Shown: positions 18,699-28,942, numbered from the stretch's first letter. The stretch is DNA of 64,000 nucleotides from Bdellovibrionota bacterium (GCA_964201665.1 CAXNEW010000003.1:13284-77283), one strand, 5' to 3'. Notes: a model not told the origin generated them from the sequence alone. A program made the numbers and translations.

Positions 18699-20093
18699 TC
18701 AACTTGCATTTTTGAAATGCAATTTTATGGGACAACCCGAAAATCCAAACTCTTTTCGCAAGGTATTACTGATAAATCTTCGATAAGAAAAATGAACATC
18801 TCGACTTGGTAAATTTGAAAACAAAACAAATTCCGGCGGAGAACTTGAAACCTGACTCAAATAATAGAATTTTGCAGGCCGCCCTCGAGAACCAATCGGA
18901 TGAGAATGAATTCGAATTTTTTTCTCAAAAATTTCATTGAGTTTCGAAGTTTGAACTCGGTGAGCTCGGTCTGAAAGAACTTTCTGAAGTGATTTAACAA
19001 TGTCCTTTACGCCCTTACCGGTAAGTCCTGAGGCCTTCACTCGTGGACACCACTTCACAAACTCCAGTTTCAAATCCTGAGTTCGTTGTAAATGCATCCA
19101 TTTGTCGGAAGCGTCCGACTGGGTCATTAAATCCCATTTATTAAAAACAAGAACCACGCTGAGTCCAAAATCTAAGGCCATTCCGGCAATCGAGGCATCA
19201 AGATCAGTAATTCCAGCGTTGGAATCCAAAACAACTAAGGCCACATCCGCAAAGCGAGCTTCTTCTTTAAGTTTTTCTCGGGCAACCCATTCAACGTCAC
19301 GCTCAAGTCGACCCGGTTGCCTTAAACCCGCAGTGTCCACGAGTTTCCAATCAATTCCTTTTGCGTGACTCAAAAAACTGGATTCAATGGGGTCGCGGGT
19401 GGTGCCTGGAACGGACGAAACAACGTGCCGCTCTTCACCTAAAATCTGATTTAGCAAAGTTGATTTGCCCACGTTAGGTCGGCCTAAAACTAAAATACGC
19501 GGAGCTTTTACTTTTTCTGTTTCTGACGTCTCTTCGTCTTGGGTTTTAGTTGAATTCCCTAAAAAGATTTCAGCTAAACTGTCGCGAAGTTCCATAACTC
19601 CGATGTCATGCTCAGCGGAAACACTGAAATTCTTATCCAGTCCTAATGCGAAATAAGATTGGGCATCATGCTTTTTAGAATCAACTTTATTTGCAACAAG
19701 CCAAACAGGTGTCTCAAGTTTGCCAAGATTTCTGCGTAGCCATTGTGCGATTTCTAATTCCTGGTTTCCAATTTCTCGGGTGCCATCAACCACAAACAAA
19801 ACAATGTCCGCAGTTTTAAGAGCCACAGCAGCAGCCCTTTCGATTTCTTTACCCAAGGGATGACTTAGGGCTTCAGCGCCTACTCCACCTGTATCAATAA
19901 ATTTCATTTTTCCAAGATCAGGCGACTCCGCCACACATTCATGTCGATCAACAGTTACACCCGGCCGATCACACACAATGGCAGTGCGAGTTCGAGTGAG
20001 ACGATTGAACATCGCAGATTTACCTACATTTGTAGGGCCCACCAACACGATGGTTGGAAATTCTGATTTAGGCGTTAGAGTTTTGGACGCCAT
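18699..20093 (-). CDS. der: ribosome-associated GTPase Der/EngA
   Basis: Two tandem GTPase domains with P-loops 'GPTNVGKS' and 'GRPNVGKS', followed by a KH-like C-terminus. Confidence 0.92.
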   Translation of the reverse strand: MASKTLTPKSEFPTIVLVGPTNVGKSAMFNRLTRTRTAIVCDRPGVTVDRHECVAESPDLGKMKFIDTGGVGAEALSHPLGKEIERAAAVALKTADIVLFVVDGTREIGNQELEIAQWLRRNLGKLETPVWLVANKVDSKKHDAQSYFALGLDKNFSVSAEHDIGVMELRDSLAEIFLGNSTKTQDEETSETEKVKAPRILVLGRPNVGKSTLLNQILGEERHVVSSVPGTTRDPIESSFLSHAKGIDWKLVDTAGLRQPGRLERDVEWVAREKLKEEARFADVALVVLDSNAGITDLDASIAGMALDFGLSVVLVFNKWDLMTQSDASDKWMHLQRTQDLKLEFVKWCPRVKASGLTGKGVKDIVKSLQKVLSDRAHRVQTSKLNEIFEKKIRIHSHPIGSRGRPAKFYYLSQVSSSPPEFVLFSNLPSRDVHFSYRRFISNTLRKEFGFSGCPIKLHFKNAS

Positions 20094-21084
20094 AACCCAA
20101 TTCTGCCAGGCTTGAGGGCCGGCTCTCCCAATTTTCTACAACTTTAACCATAAGGCGCAAAATTAAATCATCGCCCGTAATTTCTTTGTATCGCTCGCGT
20201 GTTGCAATGCCGATATCTCGTATTTTTGTTCCCTTAGCTCCAACCAATATGGGTTTCAGACTTTCTTTTGCCACCCACAAAGTTGCGTCTACTTCGGGCA
20301 TTTTTCGATGCCCTTGGGGATCCAAAAATTTAATAACTGTGGAATCAGCCTGATAAGGCACTTCTTGCCGACACTGTCTAAACACAGCTTCACGAATTAA
20401 ATTCTGAACCAACTGCTTTTCATTGAGGTCAGTCCAACGCCCCTCATCATAAAAGGGCTCGCCCCAAGGTAAGGACTTCTCAATAATTTCGAGAAGTGGC
20501 TGAAGGTTGCTATCATTTTCTTTTAGGCCTTGAATGGCTGACACAGGAACAATTTCTTCAAAACAAGTTAGAATTTCGTGGGTGCGCGCAATCAAAGGAA
20601 GCATGTCATTTTTTGAAATTTTATCGACCTTGTTGAGAACCAAAATCCATTTTTGATTCGGATTTTTCTTATCTAGGCGATCTTTGAGCCAACCTGCGAT
20701 CTTGTCTGATCCGGGACGTTTGAGTTCAAGATCGCGCAAATCGTTGTGAAAGGTTTTTACATCGGCAAGCCAAACAACAGTATCGACCTCAGAGAGCGCT
20801 TCTTCAATTGATGTGAACATCGATCGATCAAGTAGCCCTTTTTTAAAATTGAGCCCCGGAGTGTCCACTAAAACAATTTGCCCCGACCATTCTTTCTTTT
20901 TGTTGTGCTGTTGAAGAATACCGCGAATATTGGTTCGAGTGGTTTGTGGGCGATCCGATGTTGCGCTCACTGCAATTTCAAGAAGTGAATTCAGCAAGGT
21001 TGACTTTCCTGCGTTAGGTCGCCCCAAAATGGCGACCCGTCCGCTACGAAAGGGATTCGATCGATGGGGGGTAGTCTTTGTCAT
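20068..21084 (-). CDS. era: GTPase Era
   Basis: Contains 'VAILGRPNAGKSTLLN', 'DTPG', 'NKVD' and a C-terminal KH domain. The start is chosen at ATG 21084 ('MTKTTPH'). The longest ORF starts at 21171. Confidence 0.92.
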   Translation of the reverse strand: MTKTTPHRSNPFRSGRVAILGRPNAGKSTLLNSLLEIAVSATSDRPQTTRTNIRGILQQHNKKKEWSGQIVLVDTPGLNFKKGLLDRSMFTSIEEALSEVDTVVWLADVKTFHNDLRDLELKRPGSDKIAGWLKDRLDKKNPNQKWILVLNKVDKISKNDMLPLIARTHEILTCFEEIVPVSAIQGLKENDSNLQPLLEIIEKSLPWGEPFYDEGRWTDLNEKQLVQNLIREAVFRQCRQEVPYQADSTVIKFLDPQGHRKMPEVDATLWVAKESLKPILVGAKGTKIRDIGIATRERYKEITGDDLILRLMVKVVENWESRPSSLAELGYGVQNSNA

Positions 21085-21871
21085 TTTTGCTTCCTTTTTT
21101 CTTTGGACTTTCGAGTGCTTGTTTTGGAATTCCCAGTGAGTACATGTGTTCTTCAAGAACTCCGATTGCACTATCCATTTCTAACAATTTCTGTGCCGCC
21201 AATTGGGTGGCTTCTTTTTTTGTGCTCGCCTGGGCTCTTGAAACTTCTATCCCACGAATAAAAAGTCCCATAGTAAACGTTTTCTGATGATCTGGCCCCA
21301 GAGTTTCTAAGCACGAGTAAGACGGAGTACCAAAACCCAATGACTGACAAAATTCCTGAAGGCGGCTTTTATAGTCCGTTGTAATCAAATTCCAACTTCG
21401 CGAGGCCCATTCCTGGGCATCTGTAAGAAACAAGGCAAGAACTCTCGATACAATGCATTTAGAAGCCTCAAGACCCCCGTCAATGTAAATTGCAGCAAGT
21501 ATGGCCTCCAATGTATCGGCCAGAAGCGAATCTCTTTCTCGGCCACCACTTGATTCCTCGCCCCTACCCAACCTTACATATTTGCCAATTCCTAATTCGC
21601 GCGCTGCACGCGCTAAAGAAGTTTCAGAAACGAGTTGAGATCTTAAGCGGGATAAATGACCTTCATTTGTAGCCGGGGCAAATCCCATGACTAGTTCGGT
21701 AACACAAAGATCAAGCACAGCATCGCCTAAAAACTCCAAGCGCTCGTTGTGAGGCGAATCGTTATATTCGTGGTGGTGGGATCTATGAGTCAGGGCCTCG
21801 GTAATGGTTTCAGTTTTTTTGAACTCATAACCGAGGGCCCGCTCAAGCTCCCGCAGTGGGGTGTCTTTCAT
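21044..21871 (-). CDS. rnc: ribonuclease III
   Basis: Carries the signature 'NERLEFLGDAVL' and a C-terminal dsRBD. The classic rnc-era order is present. Confidence 0.92.
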   Translation of the reverse strand: MKDTPLRELERALGYEFKKTETITEALTHRSHHHEYNDSPHNERLEFLGDAVLDLCVTELVMGFAPATNEGHLSRLRSQLVSETSLARAARELGIGKYVRLGRGEESSGGRERDSLLADTLEAILAAIYIDGGLEASKCIVSRVLALFLTDAQEWASRSWNLITTDYKSRLQEFCQSLGFGTPSYSCLETLGPDHQKTFTMGLFIRGIEVSRAQASTKKEATQLAAQKLLEMDSAIGVLEEHMYSLGIPKQALESPKKKGSKNDKDYPPSIESLS

Positions 21872-21947
21872 GAAGCGGGCCCGATAATGCCCAATCTAGG
21901 GTCGACTAATCAACTTTTATTTTCTAGTTATTTTTGAGTTCTCAAAA

Positions 21948-24875
21948 TCACCGTGCCGCCGAAGGGACTGACGAGCCAGAAACTCCATTAATTCGATGGT
22001 TTGGAAACAAAGGCTCACCCCCGTATTGGTAAATGTAATTTCTCATAGCCTCAATCTGCTTTTTGGCATCATCCCCGAAATATCCGGGAACGGCGATGCG
22101 GGCACTCTTGGGATCTTCTTCGTCCATCAAAGGCCAAAGTGTAGGCATTCGAGTCCCGGGCATGATGGCTTGTGGATTTTCAAGCCACTGCAAAACCCAC
22201 GGGTCTTTAAGTCGGGCTTTGACATTGGCAAAATGTGGAGCCGCTGCAGAAACATCCTCGCCAGGTTTTCGAACAGCATGGCAACTTAAACAGGCCAGAT
22301 CCTTAAACATACCTTCGACTTGCACGAGCTCCGAAGACGTCAGCATTCGAGCAGGCTCCAATACGTAGGGATAAGGACTTTTATCAAAGGCCGCAAAGTA
22401 TGCGGTGTAGGCCATACTTTCAGCATCCGTCATATAAAACTGAGGCATGCGAATCTTTAGCCAAGGACGAATCATCACATTCGGATTTAGCAAAAAGGCG
22501 TGTAGCCACTCGGTTCGTGTTTTGAGTCCCTGGGTATTTAAATTTGGCGGCCCGTTTGTCACATCTTCCGAGAAATGCGCCAGAACATCGCCACCGCGAT
22601 TTTCAACGAAGTGACATGACGAGCAATTGTGCCGATTCAACATCCGATGACCCGCAATAATTTTTTCATAACGGCCATCAATTTTGTGAACGGCTTCGTC
22701 ATCAACGTTTTTATTTTCATAACCAACAACTATGGCAGTAATGGCCTCAGCCTGTTTATGGTTAAAATTAAACTGTGGCATGCGGGTTTTGCCTTCGAAA
22801 TCACGTTTTTTACCAACATCCCAAATTCTTGGAGTTCGAATTTTTGTATAAACCCATTCTGAACGAGTGTGCTGGGCATGAACGTTTTCAAACGCAAATT
22901 TCGAAAGATCCTTTGATCCCTCATAGGTCAACTCTGCTCCTATTTTTGGCGCATTTTCAAAGCCATCTATGGCGTGGCAGGCATAGCAGCCATAATGGCC
23001 AATGAGCTTTTCCCCTAAAAATAATTTTTTATCTTCAAGCGACATCGAGGCAAGTTTTAGGCCAGCCGCTTTCTGGGTCATCACAGCCATCAAATACGTT
23101 TTCACGATTTGATCTCTCATTTCGTCTTTGGGCTCGGGCGGAGTCGCCGAATCAAACTCTACATTTCTTTTAGTTAGCAAATAGGCCGCAATATCAAGGG
23201 CCTCAGTTTCAGTTAATTTCAAACTGGGCATTCCGGAATTATCCCAATAATGCTTGGGATTATAGACCCACGAAACCAGCCAATCCTGAGTGACTTTAGA
23301 ACCCATTTGGTTGAGCTCGGGCCCAACCATCGGAATTCGTTCGTCCTTGTACCCCATAACGGTAGGGTCTTTGGGATTCACCCTTGGGAAGTCAGCAATC
23401 GCATGACAAGCCAAACAACCCACTGAGCCTACGAGTTCTTTTCCGCGAGCCACATTTCCAACGGCGCCCGAAGCCAATTTTAATGGCTGATAGGGAACTG
23501 ATTTTTTAAACAAATAATGAGATATTGATTCGACTTCTACAGCCCCGCGCTCAAGCGACTCAGGATCAGAATTATTATGATTTTTCCAAAACCGCGGCAT
23601 GAGCGATGAGGGCCTATAACTTTGAGGATCCCAAATAAATTTTCTGACCCAATCTTGATCAAGCTTTGAGGCCAAAGTTTTTAAAGTAGGCCCTGTTTTC
23701 TTTTCAAAACTTAGTTTTTCAAAATGGCCTGCAAACTTATGACAGTTATAACAGCCATAACGCTCAATCATTCTCATACCTGCGTTAAATGTGGGAGCAT
23801 CCCTCAATGTAACTTCTTGAGCATGACACTGTATACATTTGCCCTCAGTCATCGCAGTTGGAATCATCGGGGTAGGAATGTGTTTGGGTGGGTTAAAATT
23901 ATATTTATCTTCCCACTCAGCCCACTGAGCCGGATCTTTCGGCACATGTCCTGCCAATGAAAAATCTGCACTCTGCGGAATGCCCGAATGGCAAACCGTG
24001 CAACCAACCTTTTGAACAGGATGCGGCGATTCTTCTGAAAGCATAAGATTGAGTTTGGGATGACTTGTAAAAGGCTGTGGTAAATCTTCAAATCCAGCTT
24101 TGTCGGCATTTGCATGGCAGGTCATACAACGGTCAACACGCGGAACCTTATTGAAAAAATAGTCATCTTTAAGATGCGGTAAAATAATTTGATTAATCTT
24201 AAGAGTAGGCGAAACAAAATCTACAAGAGGCGCATTCCTCAACAAATTCCCTAAACTTTGTTCGTTTTTAGCAATAATTTTTTCGAGTCGGTTTTTTTCT
24301 GAAACCAGCGCAGCTAAATCTTTCTCGGTCGTTGTTTTCTCTAAAAGATAGCCTCGCTTTTCTTGCAAAGCATTGTCTCGATCGGCTTCAGCAAGGGTTA
24401 CTTGGTCTTTGAGTTTTAGAACCTCGCGTTCAAGGTTCATCCAATCGTTTTTAATTTTTGCAGCATTGGCCGACCTCTTAGCTAAGGCGACATCCACTAA
24501 AAACAAATCGGCATCTAATTTTGCTTTTAGATTTTGGTAGGTCTGCGTGATTTTAAAAACTTTATCTTGTTTGCCTTTAATTTTGGCGTCTAAACCCTCT
24601 AGAGATTGGGCCTTGGAGGTATCGAAATCGGCAATTTTCTTTTTGAGTCCCTCGAGTTTAGATCGATCCAAAGCAACAAGGGCCTCACTTAATTTTCTTT
24701 CACCTAGGGCAACATTGAGCCTTTGCCACTGACGTTGGTAACGCTTCCACTCTCTATCAAAATCCTGAAGAACGCCCCAAACCACCGCTACAAAAAGCAG
24801 GATTGAGCCGATGGCGAACCATTTTGAAAGGTCTCGTGATTTATAAACGGTTTCGTTTGGATTCGTTTGCGCCAT
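21948..24875 (-). CDS. membrane-anchored octahaem c-type cytochrome with an N-terminal coiled coil
   Basis: Eight CXXCH motifs are present (CMTCH, CTVCH, CIQCH, CYNCH, CLACH, CYACH, CSSCH, CLSCH). One N-terminal TM helix is followed by a ~200-aa heptad-like K/E/L-rich region. Confidence 0.8.
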   Translation of the reverse strand: MAQTNPNETVYKSRDLSKWFAIGSILLFVAVVWGVLQDFDREWKRYQRQWQRLNVALGERKLSEALVALDRSKLEGLKKKIADFDTSKAQSLEGLDAKIKGKQDKVFKITQTYQNLKAKLDADLFLVDVALAKRSANAAKIKNDWMNLEREVLKLKDQVTLAEADRDNALQEKRGYLLEKTTTEKDLAALVSEKNRLEKIIAKNEQSLGNLLRNAPLVDFVSPTLKINQIILPHLKDDYFFNKVPRVDRCMTCHANADKAGFEDLPQPFTSHPKLNLMLSEESPHPVQKVGCTVCHSGIPQSADFSLAGHVPKDPAQWAEWEDKYNFNPPKHIPTPMIPTAMTEGKCIQCHAQEVTLRDAPTFNAGMRMIERYGCYNCHKFAGHFEKLSFEKKTGPTLKTLASKLDQDWVRKFIWDPQSYRPSSLMPRFWKNHNNSDPESLERGAVEVESISHYLFKKSVPYQPLKLASGAVGNVARGKELVGSVGCLACHAIADFPRVNPKDPTVMGYKDERIPMVGPELNQMGSKVTQDWLVSWVYNPKHYWDNSGMPSLKLTETEALDIAAYLLTKRNVEFDSATPPEPKDEMRDQIVKTYLMAVMTQKAAGLKLASMSLEDKKLFLGEKLIGHYGCYACHAIDGFENAPKIGAELTYEGSKDLSKFAFENVHAQHTRSEWVYTKIRTPRIWDVGKKRDFEGKTRMPQFNFNHKQAEAITAIVVGYENKNVDDEAVHKIDGRYEKIIAGHRMLNRHNCSSCHFVENRGGDVLAHFSEDVTNGPPNLNTQGLKTRTEWLHAFLLNPNVMIRPWLKIRMPQFYMTDAESMAYTAYFAAFDKSPYPYVLEPARMLTSSELVQVEGMFKDLACLSCHAVRKPGEDVSAAAPHFANVKARLKDPWVLQWLENPQAIMPGTRMPTLWPLMDEEDPKSARIAVPGYFGDDAKKQIEAMRNYIYQYGGEPLFPNHRINGVSGSSVPSAAR

Positions 24876-24881
24876 GTGTCC

Positions 24882-25964
24882 TCAAATGTTGAACAAATAT
24901 TCTGGAATAGCGACTATATATTTTAAGTTTAGTGTCCACCTCAGATACATCTTTATTGGCAGGGCCAACATAATCAAAAGGTGGGACATGATGACATTGT
25001 AGCGAAGAAAGCCATACTTTTCGTAATACTTGCTCAAGACAGTGGCTCCCAAAAGCGGCGGCAACGCAAAAAGATAAACAAAAACTATACCCAAACCAAA
25101 AATTTCCCGAATCAAAATATTGCTGGGCAATCCAACATTAAAGAATTTCACCCAAATAATATCTGCAAGATTGACGTTAGTGAGGGCTTCAACTTTGTGT
25201 TTGTCCCAATACTCGAAAGGACCAAAAAAGTTCCATCCCGGTCCCCTCATAAAGGTCCCCAAAAAAATCAAGGCAATCCAAAGAACTATAAATCCGAACC
25301 CAAAAATCCAAATCACGTTAAATCGTTCTTTAATTGTGTAGTATCCATTTCCCTTGGGGTTAACATCAACATAGGGCATCGCGATGAGTCCCGACAGAAT
25401 TAGAGAGGGAAGCACAACTCCTGCTATCCACGGGTCAAAGTACACGAGCATTTCTTGCAATCCCAAAAAATACCAGGGTGCCTTGGCAACTGCCGGAGTC
25501 ACTCCGGCATTGGCAGGTTCCTCAAGGGGGGCTTTCAGCAAAATTGCCCAAGCAACCAAAAAAGCCGTAAAAAGAACCATACAAATAAGTTCCGAGTAAA
25601 CAAGGTCAGGCCATGTATAAACTTTTTTGTCAGATTCAACTTTTTCTAAATTGGGCTTACCCTCAGCCATGAGCTGATCGTTCAGGTAGCCGCGCCTAAA
25701 ACTAAGCCAAAGAAAAAAACCAACTCCGTAACTCATAAGCCAAATCGGAACGTTGTCGGGCTTGGTGGCTTCTTTTGCAAAGTTAGGATCCGTTAATCCA
25801 AAAAGTAATCCTGCTATGGAAAGCCAAAGAACCGGCTTCATGACTCGTGGCTGAGACCAAAGGGGATAATATTTCATAATCCACCACCATCCCACCAAAA
25901 CTATGGTGAAATAAATTGTCGGATTACTCAGGAAATTGACGATATCTTTTATGAGTTGAACCAT
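24882..25964 (-). CDS. cytochrome b C-terminal-half / subunit IV-like membrane subunit (extended)
   Basis: 360-aa polytopic protein. 'KAPWYFLGLQEML' corresponds to the PEWY-region motif of the cytochrome b C-terminal half. Confidence 0.75.
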   Translation of the reverse strand: MVQLIKDIVNFLSNPTIYFTIVLVGWWWIMKYYPLWSQPRVMKPVLWLSIAGLLFGLTDPNFAKEATKPDNVPIWLMSYGVGFFLWLSFRRGYLNDQLMAEGKPNLEKVESDKKVYTWPDLVYSELICMVLFTAFLVAWAILLKAPLEEPANAGVTPAVAKAPWYFLGLQEMLVYFDPWIAGVVLPSLILSGLIAMPYVDVNPKGNGYYTIKERFNVIWIFGFGFIVLWIALIFLGTFMRGPGWNFFGPFEYWDKHKVEALTNVNLADIIWVKFFNVGLPSNILIREIFGLGIVFVYLFALPPLLGATVLSKYYEKYGFLRYNVIMSHLLIMLALPIKMYLRWTLNLKYIVAIPEYLFNI

Positions 25965-25987
25965 CCCTGAAAATTAAAGGCCCTTTA

Positions 25988-26779
25988 TTACAAGGGGCCT
26001 GAAATTCCTCCATCCTTTCTAACTCTCCAAAAATGAATCGCAATTAACAAAGTCACAACAAAAGGAATCGCGATACAGTGAAGAACATAAAACCTAAGTA
26101 AAGTGGCCTCGCCGATGAATCGACCCGCCAACAATCCAAATTTAGCGTCGTTACCTGAATGTACCAGATTTACATCGCCAATTTTTAGTAACATGGTACC
26201 GGGTCCTTCAACTCCGGCAAAAGGTGTCGCAGCACCCATGTTGGCTCCTACAGTGATGGCCCAAATTGCAAGCTGATCCCAGGGAAGCAAATACCCCGTA
26301 AATGAAAGCAACATTGTTAAAACGAGCAGAATAACTCCAATGCCCCAGTTAAATTCGCGAGGGGGCTTATAGGATCCTGTCATGAAAACTCGAAACATGT
26401 GCAACCAAACTGTGATCACCATAGCGTGGGCACCCCAGCGATGAATTTCCCGCAAAACGCCTAGCGGAACATGTTCTCGAAGGGCGATGATATCGTTGTA
26501 GGCAAATTCCAAGGTTGGGCGGTAGTAGAACATCAACAAAATGCCCGTGACCGTTTCAATTAAAAAAAGAAAGAAGGTCAGGCCGCCCATACACCACGTA
26601 AAAGACATGCGAACGCCGGACTTGCGAGTTTTTACGGGATGTAAATGAAGAAAAACATTTGAAAGAACCGCTAGCGATTGGTCGCGTGGATTATCGGGCA
26701 GCCCATGCCTAAAGATGGATTTCCAAATTTGAGTCTCACGCAACTTATCCCACAAACTCTTTAACGGATTATCGGCCAC
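25988..26779 (-). CDS. cytochrome b (b6-like N-terminal half)
   Basis: Four-helix b6-type sequence with 'IHRWGAHAMV', 'FTGYLLPWDQLAIWA' and conserved His pairs. GTG start. Confidence 0.85.
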   Translation of the reverse strand: MADNPLKSLWDKLRETQIWKSIFRHGLPDNPRDQSLAVLSNVFLHLHPVKTRKSGVRMSFTWCMGGLTFFLFLIETVTGILLMFYYRPTLEFAYNDIIALREHVPLGVLREIHRWGAHAMVITVWLHMFRVFMTGSYKPPREFNWGIGVILLVLTMLLSFTGYLLPWDQLAIWAITVGANMGAATPFAGVEGPGTMLLKIGDVNLVHSGNDAKFGLLAGRFIGEATLLRFYVLHCIAIPFVVTLLIAIHFWRVRKDGGISGPL

Positions 26780-26805
26780 TATTTTCGCCCTTCTATTTCA
26801 ACCAA

Positions 26806-27330
26806 CTAAATTTTAATTACAAAGTCAGGGTCATCCCACTGATTGGCATATCTAATTGCACGCGACTTATCGACGCGTATATTTCCGGATTCATCGAGCT
26901 TAATAGCGAACCGCTCGAGGGGTCTGGGTGCAGGACCTTCAAAATGCAAACCCGTCATTCTGTAACCTGAACCATGACACGGACATTTAAATTTATTTTC
27001 AGAGGGCAGCCAATTTGGAGTGCATCCGAGATGTGTACAAACCGTTGAAAGGGCGAAAATTCCGTCGGGACCTTTTACAATCCAGGTCGACCATGAATCC
27101 TTAAATCTTTCATCAACGCCCAATCCAAACTCCGTCGGTGAACCCGCTCGAAAATTACTGAGTTTTTCAAAGAGTACGTTCGGAAACAGAAATCGCCCGA
27201 GCAGAGTCAAAATAGCTCCAGAGGCGACCGAGAAGGTGATCCAGCCTATCCAAAACCATGAGAAAAATTCCCGTCGGGTGTACTGTTCGTCCGTTGGGGT
27301 CAAAGAGGAACCTGTAGGTGTTTGTGCCAT
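26806..27330 (-). CDS. Rieske 2Fe-2S protein
   Basis: Carries the cluster boxes 'CTHLGC' and 'CPCHGS' plus an N-terminal TM anchor. Confidence 0.88.
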   Translation of the reverse strand: MAQTPTGSSLTPTDEQYTRREFFSWFWIGWITFSVASGAILTLLGRFLFPNVLFEKLSNFRAGSPTEFGLGVDERFKDSWSTWIVKGPDGIFALSTVCTHLGCTPNWLPSENKFKCPCHGSGYRMTGLHFEGPAPRPLERFAIKLDESGNIRVDKSRAIRYANQWDDPDFVIKI

Positions 27331-27437
27331 GGGGCCTTGAATTCTCCTAAACTCCTAAAATTTATCTCGAATCCTTATGTCTCAGCAAATGCAATTTGAA
27401 AGTTTCTGAAGTCAAAGGGCTAAACTTTTGCTTTGCG

Positions 27438-28355
27438 TTATTTTTGGTGTTCTAAAATCTTTTTAAATTCTGATCGAATTCGAAGGTTTGGATGCTTTTG
27501 ACCCAGATTTTCGATTTGAGGCCGAAGTGCCTCTGTGAGCCTCGAATTATTTTTTAGAACTCCAATCAGAGAAATTGAAAAATCAAAATCTTCAACTTTA
27601 TATTTCCGAGGCGATGTATTCATGGATTCTTCAAAGAAGCTCTCGATGAAATTCAAAACAAGCGGAGTCGAGGAATCTCGTTGAATCATCGACAAAACCG
27701 CAGACCTTCGAACAATCTCAAATGAATCGCCATAAAGTGAATTCAACCAGGACTCAACCTGTGTAGAATCTTTCAAAAACTGAGCCCCCAAGACGGTTGC
27801 CAAAGTTGCCCTAATTTCCGGGAGCGGGTGATTTTGAAAATGAGAAAGCGATTCCAAACAGGTCGCAGTTAAAAAGTAGCCCCGACCTAAACTTTTTCCG
27901 AGTCCTGCGAGTACAAGGGCAAACTCTTCTCCTCCTCCAGATTGAGTTTCAAGTGCTGAGCAAATTACCGGCTGCACTTTTTCGGGCTGGACTGAATCTC
28001 CAAGCATCAGCAAAAGGGCGGCTGAAAACGGAAATTTTACAACACCCATTTGGGTGAGACGACTCAGAACAATTCCAGTTTCTGCTACGCCCAGGGGGTT
28101 TGTTTGCGAATATTTTTGGGACCATTCAAGAGCGGCTCCACGGGCAAGCTCTGGATTAGAAGACTTTACAATCTCTAAGAGTTTTTGGGGATCGCCTCGA
28201 GCTCCTGTGAATCCAGAAAAAAAACCAACCCAAACTCCCATCAAGGTTAAAATGACAAATAAAATGATACCTAAACTCAAAAGCGATTTTGCTGTTGATT
28301 TGGGCTCAGGATTTACTCTGAATTCAGGAACTGAGTTTTTGGGTGTTTCGGTCAA
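27438..28355 (-). CDS. membrane-anchored HEAT-repeat-like protein
   Basis: One N-terminal TM helix ('LLSLGIILFVILTLMGVWVGFF'), then helical repeats with HEAT/PBS-lyase-like segments ('HPLPEIRATLATVLG', 'DSFEIVRRSAVLSM'). TTG start lies 17 nt after the nuoI stop. Confidence 0.55.
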   Translation of the reverse strand: MTETPKNSVPEFRVNPEPKSTAKSLLSLGIILFVILTLMGVWVGFFSGFTGARGDPQKLLEIVKSSNPELARGAALEWSQKYSQTNPLGVAETGIVLSRLTQMGVVKFPFSAALLLMLGDSVQPEKVQPVICSALETQSGGGEEFALVLAGLGKSLGRGYFLTATCLESLSHFQNHPLPEIRATLATVLGAQFLKDSTQVESWLNSLYGDSFEIVRRSAVLSMIQRDSSTPLVLNFIESFFEESMNTSPRKYKVEDFDFSISLIGVLKNNSRLTEALRPQIENLGQKHPNLRIRSEFKKILEHQK

Positions 28356-28372
28356 AAAAATTCAGCCCTTCC

Positions 28373-28942
28373 TTAACCTTTCGGTAAAGGATTTTCATCT
28401 TTAAAATTCAGATAGTCGTACATGAGATGATCTCTATCGAATTTAGAATATTCATATTCGGGCGTGTGAACCAAGCACTCTGTTGGACAAACTTCTGTGC
28501 ACAAACCGCAAAAACAACACAAGGCCTCGTCAATATCAAAACGCAGCAACTTAAGTTTAAGAGGTTTTGAACCAAAGTGGGCTGGGGTTTTGGCATCGGG
28601 ATTTTCTTCGGGCAATTTTTTTCGACTCTCAATCGTAATACATTCAACCGGACATATAACTGCGCACTGGTTGCAAGAGATGCAGCCATCTTGGTCCATA
28701 AAAAGGCGGTTCCTTGAAATTAAGGGGATATCATCTTTAACTTCAGGGTAATTGATTGTGACATCGCCCCTGCCATAATTATATCCACTTCGAATTTTTT
28801 TCATTCCGTTGGCTTTTAAAAAAGTTCGGAAGGTAATTCCCATTCCCTTGGAAACGGTTCGAATGGCGTCAAAAATATTTTGAAAATATTGTTTAACAGT
28901 TGTTTCTTCGTTTAAGGGATTCAGATTCGGAAAAGTGCTCAT
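28373..28942 (-). CDS. nuoI: NADH-quinone oxidoreductase subunit I-like 2x[4Fe-4S] ferredoxin
   Basis: 'TINYPEVK' is followed by 'CISCNQCAVICP' and 'CCFCGLCTEVCP'. The start overlaps the nuoD stop by 4 nt. Confidence 0.8.
   Translation of the reverse strand: MSTFPNLNPLNEETTVKQYFQNIFDAIRTVSKGMGITFRTFLKANGMKKIRSGYNYGRGDVTINYPEVKDDIPLISRNRLFMDQDGCISCNQCAVICPVECITIESRKKLPEENPDAKTPAHFGSKPLKLKLLRFDIDEALCCFCGLCTEVCPTECLVHTPEYEYSKFDRDHLMYDYLNFKDENPLPKG

Noticed and set aside
20068-21871. Overlapping rnc-era (41 nt) and era-der (26 nt) junctions.
   Set aside because: rnc-era coupling is a well-known conserved arrangement and the overlap sizes depend on uncertain start choices. This is ordinary housekeeping organisation.
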